IMG/VR virus record: IMGVR_UViG_3300002568_000001
Reading direction: 5' to 3' (one strand)
DNA length: 41,770 nucleotides
From: a virus
Positions within the stretch are counted from its first letter, which is position 1, and each line of letters begins with the position of its first letter. The notes beneath the pieces are model-generated. The model was not told where the DNA came from, searched no databases, and was given only the letters and a program-made list of their open reading frames with translations. Shown here in pieces: positions 1 to 8,749 of this stretch. Both the position numbers and the translations under genes were made by a program.

Positions 1-85
1 ACGGCGACGGCTACGCAGCTTGACCAGCAGGTCGATCTGACCTACGGCGGGACGGTGTTTATGCGTCTGTCGGTGTCGGCGCAGC
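1..85. repeat. Terminal direct overlap, identical to 41686-41770 (circular-closure overlap or short terminal redundancy)
   Basis: The first 85 nt (acggcgacggctacgcagcttgacc...gtgtcggcgcagc) recur exactly as the last 85 nt. An ORF runs in phase across the join. Confidence 0.95.
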
Positions 86-186
86 CGGATCCGGACATCG
101 GCCACTCGTTCAGCATCAACACGACGGCGCAGGGTGACTCGCGCAACCAGCCGCCGATCTCCCTCGCAACGTCGCTGGTCGCGTAG
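1..186 (+). CDS. 3' portion of a 119-aa hypothetical protein that starts at ATG 41512 and continues across the junction (unique part 86-186)
   Basis: Frame 1 is open from base 1 to TAG 184-186. The ATG-41512 frame enters the 85-nt overlap in the same phase. The stop abuts the next ATG (TAGATG). Confidence 0.6.
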   Translation, partial: TATATQLDQQVDLTYGGTVFMRLSVSAQPDPDIGHSFSINTTAQGDSRNQPPISLATSLVA

Positions 187-927
187 ATGGCTCTAGCGGC
201 GCCGACACAACTCGCGACGGTTAACTCGAACACCGCCGCTCAGACGACGTGGGCGACCGGCTCTATCGTGTTCCCTACCAGCGGCCAAGACGTTCTCGGT
301 TTGTTGCTGATCGCGCTGCCGGGGCTGGCGTCGAACGCGGCGGTGTCGGTGGCTGACAACGCCGCGCACACATGGACGGTCGTGGCGGTCGAGGACAACA
401 ACCTCGGGAGCGGCGCCCACACCGCCGTCGCGTTCTTCAAGTACCCGTCCGGCGGTTCAAACACAACCGTCACGGTGACGGCGACGTTCACGTCAACGAA
501 CGAACGGTTCGGCTGGTGCGGCTACACGACCAGCCACGACACAACCACCCCGAATGACGCGACCGGCGTAGCGGGCGGCGCCGCCACCGCAACATCCGTC
601 ACCGCCACAACGTCAACGAACCTGGCCGTCGACAGCGAGCTAGGCGTCGTCTCGATGTGTGTGTCGTCGGGCAACGACACCGGCCCGTCGACGTGGCCGT
701 CGTCGGGATGGACGTCGCTTTTGAACCCCGTTGACAGTGTCCGCCATCGTATCGGCGGGTTCGAATACCAGCTTGTGTCTGGCGGGTCAGGGGCGACGTT
801 GTCGTCCGGGTCGATCCCGTGGACGACAGGGGCGGCTCCGGCGGCGTCCATCGCCACGTTCAAACCGGCGGCAGGAGGAGCACCGGCTATGATCCCCGAA
901 GTCAGTTTCGGCCTGAGCGTTACCTAA
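187..927 (+). CDS. Hypothetical virion-module protein (246 aa)
   Basis: ATG directly follows the upstream stop. Thr/Ser/Gly/Ala-rich sequence, co-oriented with neighbouring structural-type genes. No diagnostic motif. Confidence 0.55.
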   Translation: MALAAPTQLATVNSNTAAQTTWATGSIVFPTSGQDVLGLLLIALPGLASNAAVSVADNAAHTWTVVAVEDNNLGSGAHTAVAFFKYPSGGSNTTVTVTATFTSTNERFGWCGYTTSHDTTTPNDATGVAGGAATATSVTATTSTNLAVDSELGVVSMCVSSGNDTGPSTWPSSGWTSLLNPVDSVRHRIGGFEYQLVSGGSGATLSSGSIPWTTGAAPAASIATFKPAAGGAPAMIPEVSFGLSVT

Positions 928-960
928 GATGGTGCTAGAACTTCGTTCTAGAATGGGCCT

Positions 961-1401
961 ATGGCTAGTTACACGGTAGGGGCACGTACAACCAACGCTC
1001 CCACGGCAACGCTCCCGGCGATCAGTTTGTACGCCTCCGCAACGGTCAACTTCCACATCGTGGAGATCGGCATCTTCAACACGACCGCGACGGCCTGCGC
1101 CGTGTCTCTGGCTCGCTTGACCACGGCGGGAACCCAGGGAGCGGGCCTGACGGAAGCGTCGCTGGATCAGTCCTCGGTAGCTCCTTCGTGTACTGGTTTC
1201 CAGTCCCACACGGGTACGGTTCCTACGTCGTCCGATCTGGGGTACCGCGCCTCCCTGGGGGCGGCAATCGGCTCTGCTGTGATCTGGACGTTCCAGCCGG
1301 GAGAGTTCGGCGTCTCGGCGGGGACGGCGAACGGAATCGGGATTCTCTGCCCCACGGGTACCGGCCAGATCCTGGACGTGTACTTCAAGTGGTACGAGTA
1401 A
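961..1401 (+). CDS. Hypothetical virion-module protein (146 aa)
   Basis: Clean ORF with short gaps to co-oriented neighbours. The overlapping alternative-frame ORFs are Arg-rich and look spurious. Confidence 0.55.
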   Translation: MASYTVGARTTNAPTATLPAISLYASATVNFHIVEIGIFNTTATACAVSLARLTTAGTQGAGLTEASLDQSSVAPSCTGFQSHTGTVPTSSDLGYRASLGAAIGSAVIWTFQPGEFGVSAGTANGIGILCPTGTGQILDVYFKWYE

Positions 1402-1421
1402 CTTGATCCTAAACTGAGGGC

Positions 1422-2231
1422 ATGGCTTCACGCCCTATTCGTGCGGTTCCGCAACCCGTAGTAAGGGTTTCTCCGCCAAGAACCGCACTTCCTCTTGAGA
1501 TCGTAGTTGGCACGGACTACGCTCAGCCAGTCGATGACACCGTAACCGTCACGGACGGTCTGCTCACAGAGCAGGGGTTCAACATCTCGGTGGCCGACTC
1601 GGTAACGGTCACAGACGCCCTCAGTTTCGCCCAAGATCTCCATCTGGCGGACACCGTGACGGTGGCGGACGCTCTGGCTTTCGTGATCGAGAAAGCCCTG
1701 GCCGAAACGGTCACGCTCAGCGACACGATTACGACCTCCGAGGGGTTCGGACTGAGTGTCTCGGACACGGTGACTGTCTCGGACTCCACGCTCCAGGAGA
1801 CAGGCAAAGGCGTCTCGATTGCCGACACCGTTACTCCCTCCGACGCTCAGAGCTTCGATCTTGGAAAAGCTCTGTCGGACTCGGTCACGCCGACCGACGC
1901 TCTCGGTTTCGATTTCGGAAAGTTCCTGGCGGAAACCCTTACTCTGTCGGACGCGCTCGCGCTGAGCATCGGGCTCGCGCTGGCCGACACGCAGGGTACT
2001 TCCGACAACCTCTCCCTATCACAGGGTTTTGCCCTGCTTTTCGGGGACACGATCACGCTCTCCGACCTGGCAGATCCCGTGCTCACCACGGGAGGGGTTC
2101 AGAATTGGACTGTGAACCTCGCAGACCTGATTACCGTTTTCGATTCCAACGCCAGGCAGTTGAACGGACTGTTCCTAGCCGACTCTGGAGGCCCCGGAGG
2201 GGGCAAGATCATCGTCATCGGCCGATTCTGA
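1422..2231 (+). CDS. Repeat-rich fibre-like structural protein (269 aa)
   Basis: About a dozen copies of a ~17-18-aa unit built on (A/S)D(T/S)VT(V/L/P)(S/T)DA(L)xF, e.g. ADSVTVTDALSF, ADTVTVADALAF, SDTVTVSDSTL, SDSVTPTDALGF. Confidence 0.6.
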   Translation: MASRPIRAVPQPVVRVSPPRTALPLEIVVGTDYAQPVDDTVTVTDGLLTEQGFNISVADSVTVTDALSFAQDLHLADTVTVADALAFVIEKALAETVTLSDTITTSEGFGLSVSDTVTVSDSTLQETGKGVSIADTVTPSDAQSFDLGKALSDSVTPTDALGFDFGKFLAETLTLSDALALSIGLALADTQGTSDNLSLSQGFALLFGDTITLSDLADPVLTTGGVQNWTVNLADLITVFDSNARQLNGLFLADSGGPGGGKIIVIGRF

Positions 2232-2391
2232 TCGCATCTAGTTATGACTGTAGTATTCACTCGTATGACTGGCTGGGTCACCACTCATAACAAGGCCATA
2301 GGAGCCTCTCTAAGAAAACCAGCGTCCAGGGAGACGTGTAACTCGTATCAGGGGCTTAGAAAGCCTTACAGAGCCTTCTGGAGTACAGTGA

Positions 2392-2676
2392 GTGGCCATG
2401 ACACCTGAGAACAGCCCGATTTTCGTGAACATTGTGTATAGACTTGACCAGTATGAGAAAATACTGGCCGATTTCTCCGTTTGGCGCCGGGAAGTAGACC
2501 GGGACAGGACTACGTTTGTCAACGAAGTGAACACGATCACGAAAAACCAGGAGACTTTCGCTGAAACAGTGGACTCCCTCCGCAGAACACTCCTCGGGTT
2601 TGCCTTCACTATTGCCGGATCGGCCGTGGTGTTCGCACTGACCGTCCTGATCGCGACCGGGAAACTGGGTGGTTAG
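2392..2676 (+). CDS. Small membrane protein (94 aa from GTG 2392; ATG 2398 is an alternative start)
   Basis: C-terminal hydrophobic helix FAFTIAGSAVVFALTVLIATG. The end overlaps the start of the next gene. Confidence 0.55.
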   Translation: MAMTPENSPIFVNIVYRLDQYEKILADFSVWRREVDRDRTTFVNEVNTITKNQETFAETVDSLRRTLLGFAFTIAGSAVVFALTVLIATGKLGG

Positions 2677-3067
2677 CATGGAGCCAATCTCCGACCATCA
2701 TCGCAGAGCGATCACCTGTTTGTACATCATCGCAGGGGTGATTCTGGCGCTTTCGATGGTTGGGAGCGGAGTCGCGCTCCTGGATCGGTTCCAGCAGTCC
2801 GACCAGAGGCGCGAGCAGCAGACCACGATCAACAAACTGATCGCCACCCAGGCCCTGGAGAACTGTCAGGAGATCGAGAACCTAAAAGACGCCCAAAGAG
2901 AACAGGCGCAGAGGAGTTTCCACGACCTGGACAAGAACTTGAAGCTCTTGCACCTCAAGAAAACTCCCGAGATCGTGCAAACGGCCGTGGAGAACCGAGA
3001 CAGGATCTTGAACAAGTACGCCGCGCAGCCCTGCCCGAGGCCGATCAAAGAAGTAGCTAGGAAGTAG
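2669..3067 (+). CDS. Membrane-anchored coiled-coil protein (132 aa)
   Basis: N-terminal TM segment ITCLYIIAGVILALSMVGSGVALL, followed by a charged Q/E/K-rich helix. Confidence 0.55.
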   Translation: MVSMEPISDHHRRAITCLYIIAGVILALSMVGSGVALLDRFQQSDQRREQQTTINKLIATQALENCQEIENLKDAQREQAQRSFHDLDKNLKLLHLKKTPEIVQTAVENRDRILNKYAAQPCPRPIKEVARK

Positions 3068-3088
3068 GTCTAGTTCTAGGATTAGACC

Positions 3089-4078
3089 ATGCTTCCAGGG
3101 AGACTCGCGGAGACACTCGGAGGGCCTGCCCCCCGCAAAAAACAGACCGTTCGTCCAACCGCGCCCAATCGTCCAACGGTCACTGTTCGTCCCCCGACGA
3201 ACCCCTACGTCTCCAACGGACCCACTCTCGGTTCCCAGCAGGACGATACGAGCAACCTTCAACAGGCCCTGGCGAAGCAGTTCACGGCGCCGGAGTACGT
3301 TGCCCCGCAGTTGCACACCAACTATGACGCCGATCCCACGCTTCAGAGGATCCGCGCTCTCGGTACCAAGAACGTAGCCGACGCGCAGGCGGAAGCCCTA
3401 AAGCTCAAGCAACAGGCCGTGATCGACACCGGAGCGGCCGATGTGGGCCAGAGACTGGGCCTCGACGCGAACACCGTCCAGGCGGCTAGCGCGAATCCGT
3501 TCTCTCAGACGGCTTTGCTCCAGAAGCAGTACGAGGATGCTGTGCGCCAGAACACCGAGGCGCGCAACCAGGAGAACCTCTTCTATTCAGGCCAGAGGGC
3601 CACGGATCTTACGAACCTGGGGACAGATCAGGCAAAAGCCCGAGCGGATTTGAACTCCCAATTGGAGCAACTACTGGGTCAGGCCGATCAGGGGGTTGTA
3701 GCCGCGCAGACGAACGCGCAACAGCAGGAAGCAGCACAGTTGGAATCACAAGCCCAAGCACAGGCTCAGCAGGACTACCAGAACCAGGTGGCCGCACAAC
3801 AGGCGGCGTTTCAGAACCAGTTGGCGCAGCAACAGGCCGAGTACCAGAACAACCTAATGCTCGCTCTGGCTCAGATGCAGCCGCAACAGCCCACGGACTA
3901 CGGCTCAGCGGTGGATAGTCAGGGAGCGTACGTTCCGCCTCCGACTTACGATCCGGTGGCGCAGCCCGGGCTAGCGTACAGCCCTGCCTCGGATCCGTTC
4001 CTCCAAGCGATGGCTTCTCCGAATCCCCCGCAGTACGTCAGGGATCCGGAGACACACCAGTTGATCCCGTTGTTCTAA
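3089..4078 (+). CDS. Gln/Ala-rich coiled-coil protein (329 aa); structural or assembly role inferred from context
   Basis: Long low-complexity helical region (AQTNAQQQEAAQLESQAQAQAQQDYQNQVAAQQAAFQNQLAQQQ) with Pro-rich ends. Confidence 0.5.
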   Translation: MLPGRLAETLGGPAPRKKQTVRPTAPNRPTVTVRPPTNPYVSNGPTLGSQQDDTSNLQQALAKQFTAPEYVAPQLHTNYDADPTLQRIRALGTKNVADAQAEALKLKQQAVIDTGAADVGQRLGLDANTVQAASANPFSQTALLQKQYEDAVRQNTEARNQENLFYSGQRATDLTNLGTDQAKARADLNSQLEQLLGQADQGVVAAQTNAQQQEAAQLESQAQAQAQQDYQNQVAAQQAAFQNQLAQQQAEYQNNLMLALAQMQPQQPTDYGSAVDSQGAYVPPPTYDPVAQPGLAYSPASDPFLQAMASPNPPQYVRDPETHQLIPLF

Positions 4079-4083
4079 TCGGA

Positions 4084-4752
4084 TCAAATAATCCGAGAAG
4101 GAGTTATGACCAGGCGGCGCACAGTAACGGTCAGTGTTCCCGAGTTGTTGTTCGAGTACGTTGGAACGATAGTGCTTCCCGTCGTGCAAGCCTGCTCGTT
4201 CTCTGCCAGGGCGGGAATGAATCCTCCGGCCGTCGGGATTCCCGAGTTACCAGAGTAGTTCGTTCCCCCCATGCTGATGAAAGTCGTTACTCCTACGCTG
4301 GTCGTGTTGGAGAGAGTGCCAGTATGTCTTGCTTGGTATACCCCGCTTCTGGTCGGAGAATAGGTCACAGCCGCGACGGTTCCCGTTCCGTTGGATCCCG
4401 GAGAAGGTGATGCAGTCGCAGCGACTGTGATCGAGCCGTCTTGGGAGAGGAAAAGTGAAGAACCGCCGATGAACTTCCACTTGTAAGCGTCGGTCACCCA
4501 GGCGGCCTCGTACTGGAAACTCCAGCGATTCGCGCTACCCTCGACTGCCGTGGCAACCCAGATGTCTCCGTCCGTGGGCGAGCCCGGAGGCCCTCCGGCG
4601 TACGCGCTCGTCGTGCGCTTGAACCCCGGAGCGAGGTTGTTATTGTCCAGGCCGCCGTTGATCACCGTCTGGATCGTGGTGAAATCCCCGGCCAAGGTTC
4701 CAGCCGTGATGTCGGTATGCGCTACGGGGAGTGTGAGTGTAATAGTTCCCAT
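4084..4752 (-). CDS. Tail-fibre / receptor-binding-like protein (222 aa)
   Basis: The N-terminus (ITAGTLAGDFTTIQTVINGGLDNNNL ... GGPPGSPTDGDIW) resembles N-termini of phage minor-tail/fibre proteins. The C-terminus is Gly/Thr/Ser-rich. Confidence 0.5.
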   Translation of the reverse strand: MGTITLTLPVAHTDITAGTLAGDFTTIQTVINGGLDNNNLAPGFKRTTSAYAGGPPGSPTDGDIWVATAVEGSANRWSFQYEAAWVTDAYKWKFIGGSSLFLSQDGSITVAATASPSPGSNGTGTVAAVTYSPTRSGVYQARHTGTLSNTTSVGVTTFISMGGTNYSGNSGIPTAGGFIPALAENEQACTTGSTIVPTYSNNNSGTLTVTVRRLVITPSRII

Positions 4753-4779
4753 AAGTAAGTCCCTTACTTCGTTCCGATG

Positions 4780-6282
4780 TCAGTGTGTCCCTAGGTTGAT
4801 CGTCATTGCGTTTACATGGGAAAGCTCCCATGCGCCTATCTCGTTGGCGGAAGATCCGATGATCGAACGGCCCTGCCCCGAGATCGTGCTTGTCTCACTC
4901 AAATATAGAGCGAACGCCCTTTGAACCCCGACGCTGTAGAAGTCCTGGTAGTTCTGGAACGCACCCGGGCCATAAGGCACTCCTTCGTCGTACTTCCAGC
5001 TTTCGTCGTACTTGAACCCGGACGAACTGATATTCACCGCCAGGGGGGCCTGAGAGATCCCCGACTCGTAATCCTGAAGCAAGGTGGCCGAGAGGATGCC
5101 GTTCCCCACGAACCTGATCCGCCTGATCCTGACCAGGTTCCCGTAGTTCGGCTCGATCCAGCGCGTCTGAAGGAAACTGGAGATGGCCGTGCCGTTGTCC
5201 GAGCCCGTGACGTTGAAGTTGTGCACCCGTCCCGCAACCACGGGGTCTGCGATCACCAACTCCGTGCCATCCGTGGTCTGCGCGTACGCACTCGCAGCGC
5301 ATGAATGTGGCACGACCCAGCCTTGCCCGGTGCCAACCCCGGGCCGGTGCTCGAAACTGATCCCGTTCGCCGTTGCGCTCACGCGCGGGTAGGAGAACCA
5401 GAGCTTGTCCTGGTACCTACCGGCGGCGCAGAGATCGGCACGGGCGGTGTTGATCCTCGATCCCGTGAAGAAGTTGTCGATCTTCCCGCTTGCTTCGACC
5501 ATTGGGTTCGTGCCGTCAGTCCAGAAGATCCCACGCGGAGACGCAACGTACACCCTTCCGTAGATACTGACCGCGCCGATGTTCGAGGCCGTGCCGATGG
5601 AAGCGTCAATGGTGGAGTACGCACCCGTAGCGGAGTCGTAGATCCTGTAACAGGAATCCTCTTTGAGTGCCAGCAGCCCTGGACGACCCGAGATATCGAT
5701 CCCGCTCGCGCCCGTGAGACACGTCACCTTCTTGGTGTCTTTCTCGCGAATGGTGTTGAACGCCGTCCCGATCCAGGAAGTACCGTCCCCGGCAGCGGAG
5801 AACCAGACACGCGCGGGGTTGACCACGTCGTTGCTCCAGAGCTTGTTCTGCCAGGAAGCGAGAGCATCACCCTTCGGTGCCGTTCCTACAGCCGTAACGG
5901 TGGATCCGTCGTAGTAGAACATCCCGTCCACCGGATGGTTCATAAACAGGTTGCCGTTGAACTCGGCCATCCCGATACGGGCGGAAGTCGTCCAGGTTTT
6001 GAAACTCGTTCCGTTGTTCATGTGGGTTCCCGTACCGATCTGGGTGATCAGGGCGCCTCTGGTAGCCCACCAGAAGGTGTTGGAGGCCACGCCGGAGCCG
6101 AGCGCGCTTGCGTACCGCTGCTGGTACCCGAGACGCTTGTGCGCCACGCCTCGCTCATCGATGGACACGTTCATCGAGTCCACGAACTCGTTCTCGGCAA
6201 CCTCGGAGGAGGAATCCCTAGTGTTCAACCCTCCGGCGAAGTTCGCCACGACAATCTCCTTGATCGTGTTGGTCTGAGACAT
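4780..6282 (-). CDS. Large tail-associated structural protein (500 aa), possibly beta-propeller-like
   Basis: Repeated Gly/aromatic strand-type segments (GDGTSWIG, GRVYVASPRGIFWTDG, DKLWFSYP). Co-transcribed with the fibre-like gene. Role assigned by context only. Confidence 0.45.
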   Translation of the reverse strand: MSQTNTIKEIVVANFAGGLNTRDSSSEVAENEFVDSMNVSIDERGVAHKRLGYQQRYASALGSGVASNTFWWATRGALITQIGTGTHMNNGTSFKTWTTSARIGMAEFNGNLFMNHPVDGMFYYDGSTVTAVGTAPKGDALASWQNKLWSNDVVNPARVWFSAAGDGTSWIGTAFNTIREKDTKKVTCLTGASGIDISGRPGLLALKEDSCYRIYDSATGAYSTIDASIGTASNIGAVSIYGRVYVASPRGIFWTDGTNPMVEASGKIDNFFTGSRINTARADLCAAGRYQDKLWFSYPRVSATANGISFEHRPGVGTGQGWVVPHSCAASAYAQTTDGTELVIADPVVAGRVHNFNVTGSDNGTAISSFLQTRWIEPNYGNLVRIRRIRFVGNGILSATLLQDYESGISQAPLAVNISSSGFKYDESWKYDEGVPYGPGAFQNYQDFYSVGVQRAFALYLSETSTISGQGRSIIGSSANEIGAWELSHVNAMTINLGTH

Positions 6283-6314
6283 CTAAACAGTTTAGGAGAT
6301 TGCTTCGCAAACCG

Positions 6315-6926
6315 TTAAGGGCACCAAGCGGGGTAAGCATCGGTGTAGTTCCTGACCGCCGAGAGGTACCCGACCTTCATCTCACCAATCGCGCGCTGGA
6401 AATCGTCCTCGAAATCCCTCCAGGTGGGATCGTTCTGGAGCCGAAGTCCTTCCGCCGACGCGCCTTGAACCAGGGCGAAATGAAACTCGGCGGGGAACAA
6501 CGGAACGTCTCCGTCCGCGGCGAGCGGAGTCCAGGAGCGTTCTCCGTACACCGTGATACTTCTCGCACTGGACGCGGGAGCGTCGAATACCAGGTTGCCT
6601 CCGATGACGCTGTACTCCACAGGAGATCGACTGGAGGTGCTTGTCCAGTTGTAAAAGTCCTCGGGCCTGAGGGCCTCGATATCGATGGGGTAACTTCCGT
6701 AACTGTTGTCCCAGATCCCGTAAACGCGCTGAAAACCAAGGGACGACAGACTGATGGTGTTCGAGGAGAGTGGGAGAGTTGTGGTGCTCACCCCGGTCTT
6801 GAACGTCCATCCCTCCTGCGCCCAGACACGCCCGTACCTGTAGTTGATCCAGTTCTTCACGTCGGAACGCTGTGCTTCCTTGAACCTGTCGTTCATCGCC
6901 GCGTTCTGGATTTCCAAGAAAGTCAC
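6315..6926 (-). CDS. Structural protein (203 aa); adaptor/tail-type by position only
   Basis: First gene of the 6926->4084 minus-strand operon. Contains one copy of the 11-mer motif. No diagnostic motif. Confidence 0.45.
   Translation of the reverse strand: MTFLEIQNAAMNDRFKEAQRSDVKNWINYRYGRVWAQEGWTFKTGVSTTTLPLSSNTISLSSLGFQRVYGIWDNSYGSYPIDIEALRPEDFYNWTSTSSRSPVEYSVIGGNLVFDAPASSARSITVYGERSWTPLAADGDVPLFPAEFHFALVQGASAEGLRLQNDPTWRDFEDDFQRAIGEMKVGYLSAVRNYTDAYPAWCP
6768..6778 (-). repeat. Copy of exact 11-mer CTCTCCCACTC
   Basis: The plus strand reads gagtgggagag. Lies inside gene 6315..6926 and is co-oriented with it (read as T-L-P-L). Confidence 0.95.
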
Positions 6927-6949
6927 ATCTATAGCCTAGAATTTGAGGG

Positions 6950-8749
6950 ATGACTTCGATCCAGCGTAGGAAGACTCTCAAGCCGCTCAAGCCCCAGCCG
7001 CTACCGGGCCAGGGGTACATGTACTCCAGCGATCCGGCGAGCGCCGCCAGAAGGGCCGCGTACTTCCCCCAGGCCGTCACTCCGATCCCGAGCACCAACA
7101 AGTCTCCGCAGGGGTACTTTTATTCGGGCTCACCGGCCTCGATGGCGCGCAGGGCAGTGGATTACCGGGCGATCCCCCACGCCTCTCCCACTCATCTGCC
7201 TGTTGCTCGTAACCCCCTCGGTTCTGCTCCGATGGCTCCTGTGGCGTCCACAGATCCTTACGCGGGGGTTCCCACCCAGCACTTCGTAGACCCCACGGCC
7301 ATCTGGAAGCAGGCGCAGGGTTTGGTTGGAGGGATGATCAACCCGCTAATGCAGGCTCTGATGAATCGTCAGCAGTCTACGGAACAGAACCTGAACACTC
7401 AAGGCCAGGCGCACTCCGATGCGCTTGCAGCGGCTCTCACCCAGTCCGCCCAGCCCGTAGCACAGGCTTACCAGACCGCTACTCAGCAGGCCGCAGCCAC
7501 GGCAGACGCCGCAAGCAACAGCTTCCAAGCCCAGGGCGGAACCGCCACCAGAGATCTCGCCGCGAAGCTCGCCCAGATCGGAGGAGTTGTTCCCGGAGCC
7601 GATCAGTTGGCACAGACCTACAAGGGAGCCGATCAGGCGGGGTACACCCGCAATAGTCTCGATGTCCAGGGTCTTATCAACCAGGGAGCGAACGCCAACG
7701 CCTATCTGGCGAAGCGGCCGGGAATCGCGCGTCTCGCGGCGAACCAGGATCTCCAGTCCGCGCTTGCGCAGGCGCGCCAGGGGTTCATGGAGGCGGGGAC
7801 GCAACTCACCTCGGACGCCACCGACAAGGCGGGAGAAGCGTTCAACGCGATCTCAGACCAGCGTCAGAAGGCCCTGGATTCCCAGTTCGACCGGGAAACC
7901 AACGTGTTCAACCTCAAGCGCCAAGACGAGGCCACCAAGGCCGCTTCGGCGGTAGACGCCAGGGACTTCGCTCTCAAGAGAGACGCACTCCAGGCTCAGA
8001 CCAACCAGGGCATCAGGGATTACAGATTCAAAGTAGCGCAGGCCAACGTACAGGCGCTTCAGCACGACCAGGATCAGTACCAGAAGCGGATCCTCACCCT
8101 CCAGGCGCTCAAGACCGCGTCCAATGACAAAGCCGCGCAGCGCGCGTACGACCTTCAGATCAACCAGATGAAGGTTGCCGCTACAGCGAACCAGAAAGCT
8201 CTCGACAGGGCTTCGCGCGAAGCGATGTTGTCCAGCACTTTGAACGTCAGGACGGGGATCGCCAACGCCGGTAACGAGACTCGCGCTGGGATCGCCGCTG
8301 CCGGTCAGGCGGGACAGAACACACGTACTCAAGCCCAGATCGACGCAGCGAACGCCCGTCAGGCTGCGAGGATCAAGGCTCAACAGGCCAAGGACGCCAA
8401 AGCGGCCAAGGACAACAAGACCGGCGCTGGGAAGGATTCCTGGCAGACCCCGGGTAGTTCCAAGCGGAACAGGGTGATCGGGTCTGTGGCTGGGAACATT
8501 CTCGTTCAGGGCAAAGGAGGTACCAGGACGATCCGTGGAACCTTGACCGATCCGAACAACGTCAAAAACGTGGATCAGGCGATCTGGAACAAGGTGAACG
8601 CCAGTATCCGCGCCCAGGGGATCAATCCCGAGACTCCGGCCGGAAAGGAACTTCGGAAGGAGATCTACCACACCTATATCGAGGGGGCGAGAGCGCCTGA
8701 CGGCAGTTACTATCACATTCCTGCCAACTGGGCTATCGCGAAGCCGTAG
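6950..8749 (+). CDS. Large Ala/Gln-rich coiled-coil virion (internal/ejection-type) protein (599 aa)
   Basis: Long helical low-complexity sequence. First of three large co-oriented ORFs that end with a cell-wall hydrolase. Role inferred from context. Confidence 0.5.
   Translation: MTSIQRRKTLKPLKPQPLPGQGYMYSSDPASAARRAAYFPQAVTPIPSTNKSPQGYFYSGSPASMARRAVDYRAIPHASPTHLPVARNPLGSAPMAPVASTDPYAGVPTQHFVDPTAIWKQAQGLVGGMINPLMQALMNRQQSTEQNLNTQGQAHSDALAAALTQSAQPVAQAYQTATQQAAATADAASNSFQAQGGTATRDLAAKLAQIGGVVPGADQLAQTYKGADQAGYTRNSLDVQGLINQGANANAYLAKRPGIARLAANQDLQSALAQARQGFMEAGTQLTSDATDKAGEAFNAISDQRQKALDSQFDRETNVFNLKRQDEATKAASAVDARDFALKRDALQAQTNQGIRDYRFKVAQANVQALQHDQDQYQKRILTLQALKTASNDKAAQRAYDLQINQMKVAATANQKALDRASREAMLSSTLNVRTGIANAGNETRAGIAAAGQAGQNTRTQAQIDAANARQAARIKAQQAKDAKAAKDNKTGAGKDSWQTPGSSKRNRVIGSVAGNILVQGKGGTRTIRGTLTDPNNVKNVDQAIWNKVNASIRAQGINPETPAGKELRKEIYHTYIEGARAPDGSYYHIPANWAIAKP
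7183..7193 (+). repeat. Copy of exact 11-mer CTCTCCCACTC
   Basis: Inside gene 6950..8749 and co-oriented with it (read as S-P-T-H). Confidence 0.95.

Noticed and set aside
5305-6318. Other long antisense or alternative-frame ORFs (5305..6318 +, 7853..8881 -, 19759..20400 +, 24947..25642 -, 34228..35142 -, 38175..38909 -, 6382..7101 -, 787..1431 -)
   Set aside because: All overlap better-supported genes on the opposite strand or in another frame. They are Arg/Pro/Gly-rich with low-complexity composition and lack coupling or RBS signals.
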